DNA of 64,000 bases from Tubiluchus corallicola (Eukaryota > Animalia > Priapulida), in NCBI GenBank assembly GCA_030141605.1, contig JAQGDQ010000988.1:1-64000 (forward strand), in the 5' to 3' direction. This document shows positions 53,901 through 64,000 of the stretch, in pieces; position 1 is the first letter of the stretch; the number at the start of each line of letters is the position of its first letter. Under the pieces are notes generated by a model that was given only the letters and a program-made list of their open reading frames with translations, ran no database searches and was not told where the DNA came from. Made by a program: the position numbers and the translations under genes.

Positions 53901-56900
53901 TGCAGCTTGGCATCTTGTGTACATAAATATATTATTAAATACTTTTACGTACAATGCTGTAACGATCGCTGTGGATATATTTAATAAATAAATAAATGTG
54001 GCACACTGATGCAAGATGCTGGAATTTACTAGCACCTCAAATCACTAACAATTTCATCACCACTAATCAATCGTGCGCATTCTACAAGTATACTACTGTG
54101 TTCAAGACTTCAAGCTTGTATGTCGCCTGTACGTCGAATTTTACACCAATTTACAAATACAACAATTAAAAAATTAGCAACTTATACCTGTCTGCCATAC
54201 TCATGAACCAGGCAAGCTCGTAGTGATTGCTACAGCTGCATGTCACGCATGCGTAGAAATGCCCCGCCGCCACCTAGCGAGTTGCGGGAAAATTGTTGTA
54301 GATTTTTTCTTCATACAGATACTATCACATCTTTCTCCTTCTTTCTATTCTCTATTAACCTTTCTTTCTACTCCTTTACTGCTCTTTTCTATTACACTCA
54401 GTGCACATTCATTTGGGGTACTCTAAACAAGTAATTACTTCTCGAGTACCCCACGGGTCATTTGCAGCTTGGCATCTTGTGTACATAAATATATTATTAA
54501 ATACTTTTACGTACAATGCTGTAACGATCGCTGTGGATATATTTAATAAATAAATAAATGTGGCACACTGATGCAAGATGCACTCAAAACGTCTCCCCCC
54601 GTTGGTTTTGGAACCCCACACAGTTTATTCGTAGTATCTGTTTTTTGCTGGTTCTCATAGTCTCACCTTGGAACATCGATAAAGGCAGAGCAGCTCTCTG
54701 TTTTTTTCTCGTGGCTTCTTATCTGTGGAATTCTCTGCCAGACAGTTTTCTTCATGAACTCTACAACCTCTCTCTATTACTATACTTCTGTAATGTAAAT
54801 CATTTTATAAATTTTCCAAGAAACGAAAATATGAAACATTGGAGCAAAATAAGCAGCCATATTTTTGAAAATGATTTGAATCGGAATTGATAGAAGTCTT
54901 AAGGTCGTCTTATCAGTATTTTGAAATCGATTCAATTCAATTCAATTTCAATTTATTTATCTCTTTATAATGCTACAATAAAACATGATTAATAAAAGAA
55001 TCGCTAATAAGTTTTGAAGAATGGTTAAAATGTATAGATAGATCTAGAACTAGAGAAAGGATAGCGAAAAAACAATTCAACTCAATTCTAATTTATTTAT
55101 CTCTTTATAATACTACAATAAAACTTGATTAATAAAAGGATCGCTAATAAGTTTTTAAGAATGGTTAAAATGTATAGATAGATCTAGAACTAGAGAAAGG
55201 ATAGCAAAAGACAGTCACCTAGTCTGCTATATAGGCTTGAAAATGAGATTATAAATCATTAACTTGATTATTATTTTTCGTGTAAAATTTGTGGATTTAG
55301 TATCTCTTCTACTTTCTCATTGTTGGAGGTTGAAATAAATATGTCTTTTGCTGTGAAATGGCCATTTTCTGTTTTACAGGTTTTACATGTCATATGTAGA
55401 CCTGCTTTAACTCAAATGTAGATTTAGGTAATTCAAATGTGTCTTGGTAACTCAAATGTAGACTTAGGTAGTTCAAATGTGTTAACAATGGTTTTCAAGA
55501 AATCTTAAGTGTTTTTGGTAAGTCAAATGTAGACACATGTCAAGTCAAATGTGACATTGGTATCTCAAATGTGGATAGGTGGTAAAGTTTAAGGAAGTAA
55601 AATTTAATCTCCTTTAATCTTAATTTAATAATTGCTGTGAAAATAATAACTTTATAGGTCTACTAATAGTTCACTAATATTCTGTAAACTTTACATACCA
55701 TTGGAACTGTTAGAGAAAACAATACATTTTTAAAATAAACAATGTTTCTTGAGAGAAACTAATTCATTAATGCAGTGCTAAATGCATTACTTAAAAAACT
55801 AATTAGTGATTCACTGTTCCTTGGGAAGAGATAAACAACACATTTTTCAAAGTTATGAAAGAGGTGATGACTATCTTTGGTTGATTTATTTTTTTTTGTA
55901 ATTTGCACTGAAATGAGTTAATTACCTGTTTATTCAAAGTAATGCATCTGCATTTGACTTACCTAAGTCACATTTGAAGTTTCCTGTGTCTACATTTGAC
56001 GTGTAAAACCTATATAAAGACATGCAAGTCCTGTGGGAAATTGTAATTGTATTTGCCGCTTGCTGTTAAATGAAGTAGACGTGGTTATTGTGTAAGTAAT
56101 CTATACTGAAAAGCTTTTCAATTGGCTCAATCAGCACGTTGGCAGTAATCCGCCATTGATAGAAATCCACAGTTGTTCCTTTTGCTGCTCCATACCAGAG
56201 AACGTGATTGGTTGCTGCTGTAGAATCATGTCGAAGTCGTGAACGTTTATAAACGCGTTTAAAAAACCGTTTTTTATGTTTTAATAATTACGTCAAAACA
56301 GTTGTTTACACACTCACCTTACTTAAATGAAAAAATGATTATAGTTATGCGTGCTTCTGTAGATAACTTAATGTAAATAAGGATGAAGTAAATGAAGTAA
56401 TAATTTGAGTAGTGTGAGGTGAGTGTACGACCATACGGTCATTAACACACTCACCTGACTTAAATGAAAAAATGATTATAGTTATGCGTGCTTCTGTAGA
56501 TAACTTAATGTAAATAAGGATGAAGTAAATGATGTAATAATAGCAATGCTATAAGAGCAATAAACCTGAAAATTTCCATTTGCGTTTGTTGTCAAACATT
56601 TTTCAAATTTTATGTTTATGTTATGAACTGTTGGTAATCAATTTATGAAAAAACGCGTGTGGTAAGAACTTTCATAGTTTCTGTGAATAAAAACATAAAC
56701 ACATAAACATTTTGACTCTCAAAACACTGTGGGGTTGAAAGATAAACAAGAGAATGATCGCTGTTGTATGTTGCTTAGTAAATTCGTACACAATTTACTT
56801 TGAGCACATAACTAGTTTAGATTTGGTTATCTACATTAACTAGGAACATCCTAGTACCAGTTCTAATACGTTTTTTGGTGATATATGTAACTGAAGTCTT

Positions 56901-59900
56901 GAAGTTCAATATTTTACATTGCGAGATCCTTCCTGCCCACGACGACACTCAGATTCACGGATTGTGTTCAAACGTACCGACGATGTTGCTGTACATTTGC
57001 CTGTTAAGTTTACAGCTTAATGAGCCGCATGTATTGCACACATGTGCATCCGACGCACCAGACACCTGCAATCCATAAAATCCGTATTCACGAGAAACTC
57101 CCACACCACGTGTGGGAAAAAGAATTGTTGACAAAATAATATTTTGTATGCACTGCTCACCATACCATGCAATAAATATAATAGACAAACAATAACGTGT
57201 AATGCAATATAATAGACAAACAGTAGCATGCAATGCAATATAATAGACAAACAATACAATGCAATGCAATATAATAGACAAACAATAGCATGCAATATAA
57301 TAGACAAACAATAGCATGCAATACAATATAATAGACAAACAATAGCATGCAATACAATATAATAGACAAACAATAGCATGCAATACAATATAATAGACAA
57401 ACAATAGCATGCAATACAATATAATAGACAAACAATAGCATGCAATACAATATAATAGACAAACAATAGCGTGCAATACAATATAATAGACAAACAATAG
57501 CATGCAATACAATATAATAGACAAACAATACAATGCAATACAATAGACAAACAATAGCATGCAATACAATATAATAGACAAACAATAGCATGCAATACAA
57601 TATAATAGACAAACAATACAATGCAATACAATAGACAAACAATAGCATGCAATACAATATAATAGACAAACAATAGCATGCAATGCAATATAATAGACAA
57701 ACAATAGCATGCAATGCAATATAATAGACAAACAATAGCATGCAATACAATAGACAAACAATAGCATGCAATACAATATAATAGACAAACAATAGCATGC
57801 AATGCAATATAATAGACAAACAATAGCATGCAATACAATATAATAGACAAACAATAGCATGCAATACAATATAATAGACAAACAATAGCATGCAATACAA
57901 TATAATAGACAAACAATAGCATGCAATACAATAGACAAACAATAGCATGCAATACAATATAATAGACAAACAATAGCATGCAATGCAATATAATAGACAA
58001 ACAATAGCATGCAATACAATATAATAGACAAACAATAGCATGCAATACAATATAATAGACAAACAATAGCATGCAATACAATATAATAGACAAACAGTAG
58101 CATGCAATACAATATAATAGACAAACAATAGCATGCAATACAATATAATAGACAAACAATAGCATGCAATACAATATAATAGACAAACAATAGCATGCAA
58201 TACAATATAATAGACAAACAATACAATGCAATACAATAGACAAACAATACCATGTAATACAATATAATGCTGTAATCTGTATTTTTCATTCAGGCGTCCA
58301 TTACACGTTCTTTTGTGTTAAACATTGTTTCATCCTGTTAGCATTGTTTCATCCTGTTAACATTGTTTCATCCTGTTAGCATTGTTTCATCCTGTTAGCA
58401 TTGTTTTATCCTGTTTGATCACACTGCGTGTGAAGTGATAAAGCCGGCTTAATTCGTCCTCATTTTCCGGCATTTTTACGTTCTTACTTGAACGTGTTCA
58501 CACCTTGTGTGTGTGTGGCATCTGTTCAGCTGCAGGGCAGACAGACATACATACAAACGCGTAAAGGATACAGTAGCTCTTCATAAAATAAGCATTACCC
58601 TTCATTGTGCTGGTCGACATGCCGTCATTTATTGTAGGACTATTAGTTCTGTCGTATAATCTTTATTGTACAAGTTGTACACATTTAGAGGTATGATAAA
58701 ACACTTGAAGATATTATACGTATTGACAAGTCATAGACTGTTGTAGGCAATAGTGTTAAACTAGAAAAACAAGTTTTACAAAAGTTAGTTTGAAAAAAAG
58801 TGAATAAAAGAGGTAAAATATACATATTTACATAGCGTGAAATTAAAATTGAATTTCAGAATATAACCTCAACGACGCATGCGCACGAAACATTTGAAAA
58901 TGACGTTAACATATGTATTGCTACAGCGAGCCTTTTTCATTTCAATTATTTTATGGAATTTACATCAGACTGCTGGTTATATATATAGACATAATTATTA
59001 TTTTGTCATTTTTGTAAAGGGGCCTCATAATTTCTGAGTAGTGTGCTCTTAAAGAAAGACCGGACGATTGTTTAGACTCAATCTCATTTTAATTTACTGT
59101 CCAAAATATACATTTTGTTGTCAATAAAAGTTAACAATTGTTCCTTATATTTGAATAATTAGCTTAGAAAGTTAATTAACAGCAACCGAGCACAGCTATT
59201 GCTTGCGTCACAAACTAACCTTTTACTTGTTTGAGAAAGGAAATACCTTGTCCCATTTTTTGTACGATGCTATTTTAACTTGATTGTTCCGTTTTAATTT
59301 GTTACTACTTTCCATACCTAAGATTTGGGTGACTGCAGATTGACACGTTGTTTGATTAAGCACATTAAGTGTTAAGCTTTTTAGCCAGTTTTACATGCTT
59401 CATTTGGGCTTAATATTAGGAATACCGTTTTTCAGGGTTCATTTTTAAGTGATGAAATTTCCAGAATAGATTTGATTTCTTGGGTCTGATTTTGCTTTTA
59501 AGGAAAGGGCAATTCATTTAGCATGCTTGCCTTATTTTATTGTTGTTGGCATCCTTCTGTCTCGGAAGACAATGGAATGTGCGCCAAGAGAGTCAGTTAT
59601 TGATCACATTGATGGAGCGTCGACTGTGGCTGAGCAGTCCGATCCTTGAACCACTGGAGTGGCCTCTCCAGGGCGCACACCTGGGCAAGGTGTATGAGAT
59701 CCTGAGTTGTCCAGACAACAGGAACCCCCTCTCTTCCTCCCTGGTGTAGTCCAAAGGAAAGCTTAGCAATACGTTTGGCACCAGGTTGGCTGCAGGAGCT
59801 GACGGAGTCAGTGAGCATGCTGCACTGGTCCGCCTTCGGGGCTCCACTCCTGATTTGGAAGGTTTACTCCTCTACACATGGCCGTTGGGTCATTTGACCT

Positions 59901-62550
59901 CCTCCGCCCTCTAACCATTGGCTGCTTGTGCAGCTCCTCCACCTAGTGTCGAGATACAGTGTGGGCATCTCGCAGGCCTACAGCACCTGGTATTCGTAGG
60001 CGGTCACCCATCCAAGTACTAACCAGTCTCTACGTTTCTTAACGTCGGCATTTTCAATGTGATATGGCCGTTTATTAATATCACTTAAAGAACAAGAAAA
60101 CCCACCACTTACATAAAGCTTAAAAAGTTCGCCTTGAAATTTTATACCACTTACTAACTGCTTTTTGCGTGAAGGGCTTGCGTCGGCAGTAATGCAGTAT
60201 AAAACTTGTAAATTTAAACTTCCGCGATGACTGTTAGGCGCAGCCATTTTGATGATAGGTCATTTGAAGCAAGTTTAGATAACATTTAGGTAAGTGGCCA
60301 GAATCACTTCGGCAAGTGAATGTCACCCATTCATTCAGCGTCTAACTTTCGCATTGCTTAACTCTTGTCATCAGACAATTGTCACACACACACTATGACT
60401 GCTTGATCATTCCCCTCCTATATTAAGTTACAATGCGCCAGTGTGCACTCAAGTGCATGGAATGAGATTGACGCCTTAAATAGTATCGTGCTTTAATTCG
60501 TGAAAAGGCAGGTGCCAAATTAAACAGCATTGGGTCTGGAAAGTATGTGGATGAGTGAAAGAAGACGATTATTTTGTCATTTTTGTAAAGGGGCCTCATA
60601 ATTTCTGAGTAGTGTGCTCTTAAAGAAAGACCGGACGATTGTTTAGACTCAATCTCATTTTAATTTACTGTCCAAAATATAGATTTTGTTGTCAATAAAA
60701 GTTAACGATTGTTCCTTATATTTGAATAATTAGCTTAGAAAGTTAATTAACAGCAACCGAGCACAGCTATTGCTTGCGTCACAAACTAACCTTTTACTTG
60801 TTTGAGAAAGGAAATACCTTGTCCCATTTTTTGTACGATGCTATTTTAACTTGATTGTTCCGTTTTAATTTGTTACTACTTTCCATACCTAAGATTTGGG
60901 TGACTGCAGATTGACACGTTGTTTGATTAAGCACATTAAGTGTTAAGCTTTTAAGCCAGTTTTACATGCTTCATTTGGGCTTAATATTAGGAATACCGTT
61001 TTTCAGGGTTCATTTTTAAGTGATGAAATTTCCAGAATAGATTTGATTTCTTGGGTCTGATTTTGCTTTTAAGGAAAGGGCAATTCATTTAGCATGCTTG
61101 CCTTATTTTATTGTTGTTGGCATCCTTCTGTCTCGGAAGACAATGGAATGTGCGCCAAGAGAGTCAGTTATTGATCACATTGATGGAGCGTCGACTGTGG
61201 CTGAGCAGTCCGATCCTTGAACCACTGGAGTGGCCTCTCCAGGGCGCACACCTGGGCAAGGTGTATGAGATCCTGAGTTGTCCAGACAACAGGAACCCCC
61301 TCTCTTCCTCCCTGGTGTAGTCCAAAGGAAAGCTTAGCGATACGTTTGGCACCAGGTTGGCTGCAGGAGCTGCCGGAGTCAGTGAGCATGCTGCACTGGT
61401 CCGCCTTCGGGGCTCCACTCCTGATTTGGAAGGTTTACTCCTCTACACATGGCCGTCGGGTCACTTGACCTCCTCCGCCCTCTAGCCGTTGGCTGCTTGT
61501 GCAGCTCCTCCGCCTAGTGTCGAGATACAGTGTGGGCATCCCGCAAGCCTACAGCACCTGGCATTCCTAGGCGGTCACCCATCCAAGTACTTACCAGTCT
61601 CTACGTTGCTTAACTTCGGGGATCAGACGAGAACCGGCATTTTCAACGTGATATGGCCGTTTATTAATATCACTTAAAGAACAAGAAAACCCACCACTTA
61701 CAAAAAGTTTAAAAAATTCGCCTTGAAATTTTATACCACTTACTAACTGCTTTTTGCGTGAAGGGCTTGCGTCGGCAGTAATGCAGTATAAAACTTGTAA
61801 ATTTAAACTTCCGCGATGACTGTTAGGCGCAGCCATTTTGTTGATAGGTCATTTGAAGCAAGTTTAGATAACATTTAGGTAAGTGGCCAGAATCACTTCG
61901 GCAAGTGAATGTCACCCATTCATTCAGCGTCTAACTTTCGCATTGCTTAACTCTTGTCATCAGACAATTGTCACACACACACTATGACTGCTTGATCATT
62001 CCCCTCCTATATTAAGTTACAATGCGCCAGTGTGCACTCAAGTGCATGGAATGAGATTGACGCCTTAAATAGTATCGTGCTTTAATTCGTGAAAAGGCAG
62101 GTGCCAAATTAAACAGCATTGGGTCTGGAAAGTATGTGGATGAGTGAAAGAAGACGATTAAAGGCCATATAATGTGAAGATAAGGTTCTTATAAGAATAT
62201 TACACAGCAATTACTAGGTAATGTGTGATACCATGCTGTGTTATACGTAACTTACAGGGTGGCCCAAAAAGTTTCTCCTTATGTCCATGTCGTTAAGGCC
62301 TTAAGGCTGTCTTAATGATTACGTTTTCCCAAAAAAAACAGGTTATTCTGACTTGTTTAAAAGCCCAATTAAAGTTTTTTTTCATATTAACTTTTCTTAA
62401 TCAGTTACTAGCATTTTGTACTACATGATTCTGTTTCTTCTTTTTTCAGCTCCGAGACCAAACAATGTGCAATCACTGCTCTCCACAGCTTGCGTGGATA
62501 GAGGCGGATACCGCAACTCTAGTGGAAAACTGTTTTATCCCAGAGGACAG
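50952..62550 (+). CDS. WLS: Wntless (Evi/GPR177), coding exons 1-2; continues beyond the window
   Basis: Exon 50952-51057 MAGTILENLSNRKLLYLTGILVSLQIAYFLVGGLI(A), phase 1, and exon 62450-62550 PRPNNVQSLLSTACVDRGGYRNSSGKLFYPRGQ. Matches the Wntless N-terminus (MAGAIIENMSTKKL..FLVGGLIAP.P..KCVD..WFVPWG). Confidence 0.93.
51349..51855 (+). mobile_element. hAT (Charlie-like) MITE, longest copy
   Basis: Perfect 15-bp TIR CAGGGGTGTGCAAAT/ATTTGCACACCCCTG; perfect TSD GTCTAAAT. Confidence 0.93.
52112..52670. mobile_element. Kolobok-type non-autonomous element K3 with duplicated right end
   Basis: TTAA|AGGAAAAGTCAA start; ATGACTTGTCCTTTCCT end occurs twice (52598, 52670). Confidence 0.6.
52675..53396 (+). 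mobile_element. Kolobok-type non-autonomous element K4
   Basis: TTAA|AGGAATATGAAATTTT...AAAAATCATCCTGCCTTCCT|TTGA; homologs at 47100-48710 and a fragment near 29510. Confidence 0.68.
53747..54581 (+). repeat. A-B-A duplication: 273-bp direct repeats (53747-54019, 54309-54581) around a 292-bp copy of 50381-50672
   Basis: Matches read directly; junction overlaps of 1 and 2 nt. Confidence 0.93.
57170..58270. repeat. 31-bp satellite (AATATAATAGACAAACAATAGCATGCAATAC) with shorter variants
   Basis: Read directly; explains the three long minus-strand ORFs. Confidence 0.96.
59540..60071 (-). mobile_element. 5S rRNA-headed SINE with RTE-derived body and tail (copy 1, 18-bp deletion in the 5S head)
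   Basis: 5S-like head 60071-59974; the tail encodes SRIGLLSHSRR* followed by GGCGCACATTCCATTGTCTTCCGAGACAGAAGGATGCC(AAC)n, an RTE 3' end. Confidence 0.82.
61111..61660 (-). mobile_element. 5S rRNA-headed SINE with RTE-derived body and tail (copy 2, near-full 5S head 61660-61545)
   Basis: As copy 1; keeps AAGTTAAGCA (A-box region) and TTGGATGGGTGACC (C-box region). Confidence 0.85.
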
Positions 62551-62620
62551 GTGAGATCCGTTTGTAAAGGTTACATCCCATGTATGCTGATGACACGTGA
62601 CTATTATTTTGCTCCATTTC

Positions 62621-64000
62621 ATCAAGAAGACATTGACAAGAACTTGAGTTGATCAAGAAGACATTGACAAGAACTCGAGTTGATCAAGAAGACGATTGAC
62701 AAGAACTCGAGTTGATCAAGAAGACGATTGATAAGAACTTGAGTTGATCAAGAAGATGATTGACAAGAACTCGAGTTGATCAAGAAGACATTGACTAGAA
62801 CTCAAGTTGATCAAGAAGACATTGTCAAGAACTCGAGTTGATCAAGAAGACATTGACAAAACTCGAGTTGATCAAGAAGACATTGACAAAACTCGAGTTG
62901 ATCAAGAAGACATTGACAAGAACTCGAGTTGATCAAGAAGACATTGACAAGAACTCGAGTTGATCAGGAAGACATTGACAAGAACTCGACTTGATCAAGA
63001 AGACATTGACAAGAACTCGAGTTGATCAAGAAGACATTGTCAAGAACTTGAGCTGATCAAGAAGACATTGACAAGAACTCGAGTTGATCAAGAAGACATT
63101 AACAAGAACTCGAGTTGATCAAGAAGACATTGACAAGAACTCGAGCTGATCAAGAAGACATTGACAAGAACTCGAGTTGATCAAGAAGACATTGACAAGA
63201 ACGTGAGTTGATCAAGAAGACATTGACAAGAACTTGAGTTGATCAAGAAGACATTGACAAGAACTTGAGTTGATCAAGAAGACATTGACACGAACTTGAG
63301 TTGATCAAGAAGACATTGACAAGAACTCGAGCTGATCAAGAAGACATTGACAAGAACTCGAGTTGATCAAGAAGACATTGACAAGAACTCGAGCTGATCA
63401 AGCAGACATTGACAAGAACTCGAGTTGATCAAGAAGACATTGACAAGAACTCGAGCTGATCAAGAAGACATTGACAAGAACTTGAGTTGATCAAGAAGAC
63501 ATTGACAAGAACTCGAGTTGATCAAGAAGACATTGACAAGAACTCGAGCTGATCAAGCAGACATTGACAAGAACTCGAGTTGATCAAGAAGACATTGACA
63601 AGAACTCGAGTTGATCAAGAAGACATTGACAAGAACGTGAGTTGATCAAGAAGACATTGACAAGAACTTGAGTTGATCAAGAAGACATTGACAAGAACTT
63701 GAGTTGATCAAGAAGACATTGACACGAACTTGAGTTGATCAAGAAGACATTGACAAGAACTCGAGCTGATCAAGAAGACATTGACAAGAACTCGAGTTGA
63801 TCAAGAAGACATTGACAAGAACTCGAGCTGATCAAGCAGACATTGACAAGAACTCGAGCTGATCAAGCAGACATTGACAAGAACTCGAGCTGATCAAGAA
63901 GACATTGACAAGAACTCGAGTTGATCAAGAAGACATTGACAAGAACTCGAGCTGATCAAGAAGACATTGACAAGAACTCGAGTTGATCAAGAAGACATTG
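62621..64000. repeat. 31-bp satellite (GATCAAGAAGACATTGACAAGAACTCGAGTT), more than 40 units, continuing beyond the window
   Basis: Read directly; lies in wntless intron 2. Confidence 0.97.

Larger units (their letters stand above)
58997..62160. repeat. Recent tandem duplication, 2 x about 1.58 kb (58997-60567, 60568-62160), in wntless intron 1
   Basis: Offset 1571, rising to 1589 after an 18-bp indel; ATTA microhomology at the junctions. Confidence 0.95.

Noticed and set aside
56955-58289. Three long minus-strand ORFs (359-444 aa)
   Set aside because: Translations of a 31-bp satellite that lacks stops on that strand; open in all three frames.
62621-64000. CRISPR-like regular 31-bp repeats (also the 49-56-bp arrays)
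   Set aside because: Head-to-tail units with no unique spacers, no cas genes, eukaryotic intronic context.

Overview
AT-rich, intron-rich invertebrate (metazoan) nuclear DNA, not prokaryotic; most ORF-track entries are artefacts. Splicing GT-AG exons by hand with phase checks gives six gene models. (1) The 3' 18 exons (1191 aa) of an ApoLTP/apolipophorin-type large lipid transfer protein with VWD-C8-VWA-like C-terminus (+, 2702-19653); two of its exons are also present in a >=2054-bp inverted duplication at the window start. (2) A compact 119-aa SYCE2-like gene (-). (3) A signal peptide-LRR-LRRCT-mucin stalk-TM protein (-). (4,5) Two tandem, homologous 3-exon genes for secreted cysteine-rich proteins that I cannot assign to any family (+, 37231-39885 and 45482-49005); the first has a furin-type propeptide, a poly-Asp/poly-Arg insert and a 1-nt frameshift. 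(6) The first two exons of wntless (+). The rest is rich in non-autonomous hAT, Kolobok-type and Tc1/mariner elements, tRNA- and 5S-headed SINEs, LINE and Gypsy fragments, minisatellites and local duplications. The best candidates for something undescribed are the cysteine-rich gene pair and a 5S-headed, RTE-tailed SINE joined to a Kolobok-type element. All family assignments come from recognising motifs by eye; no database search was run.
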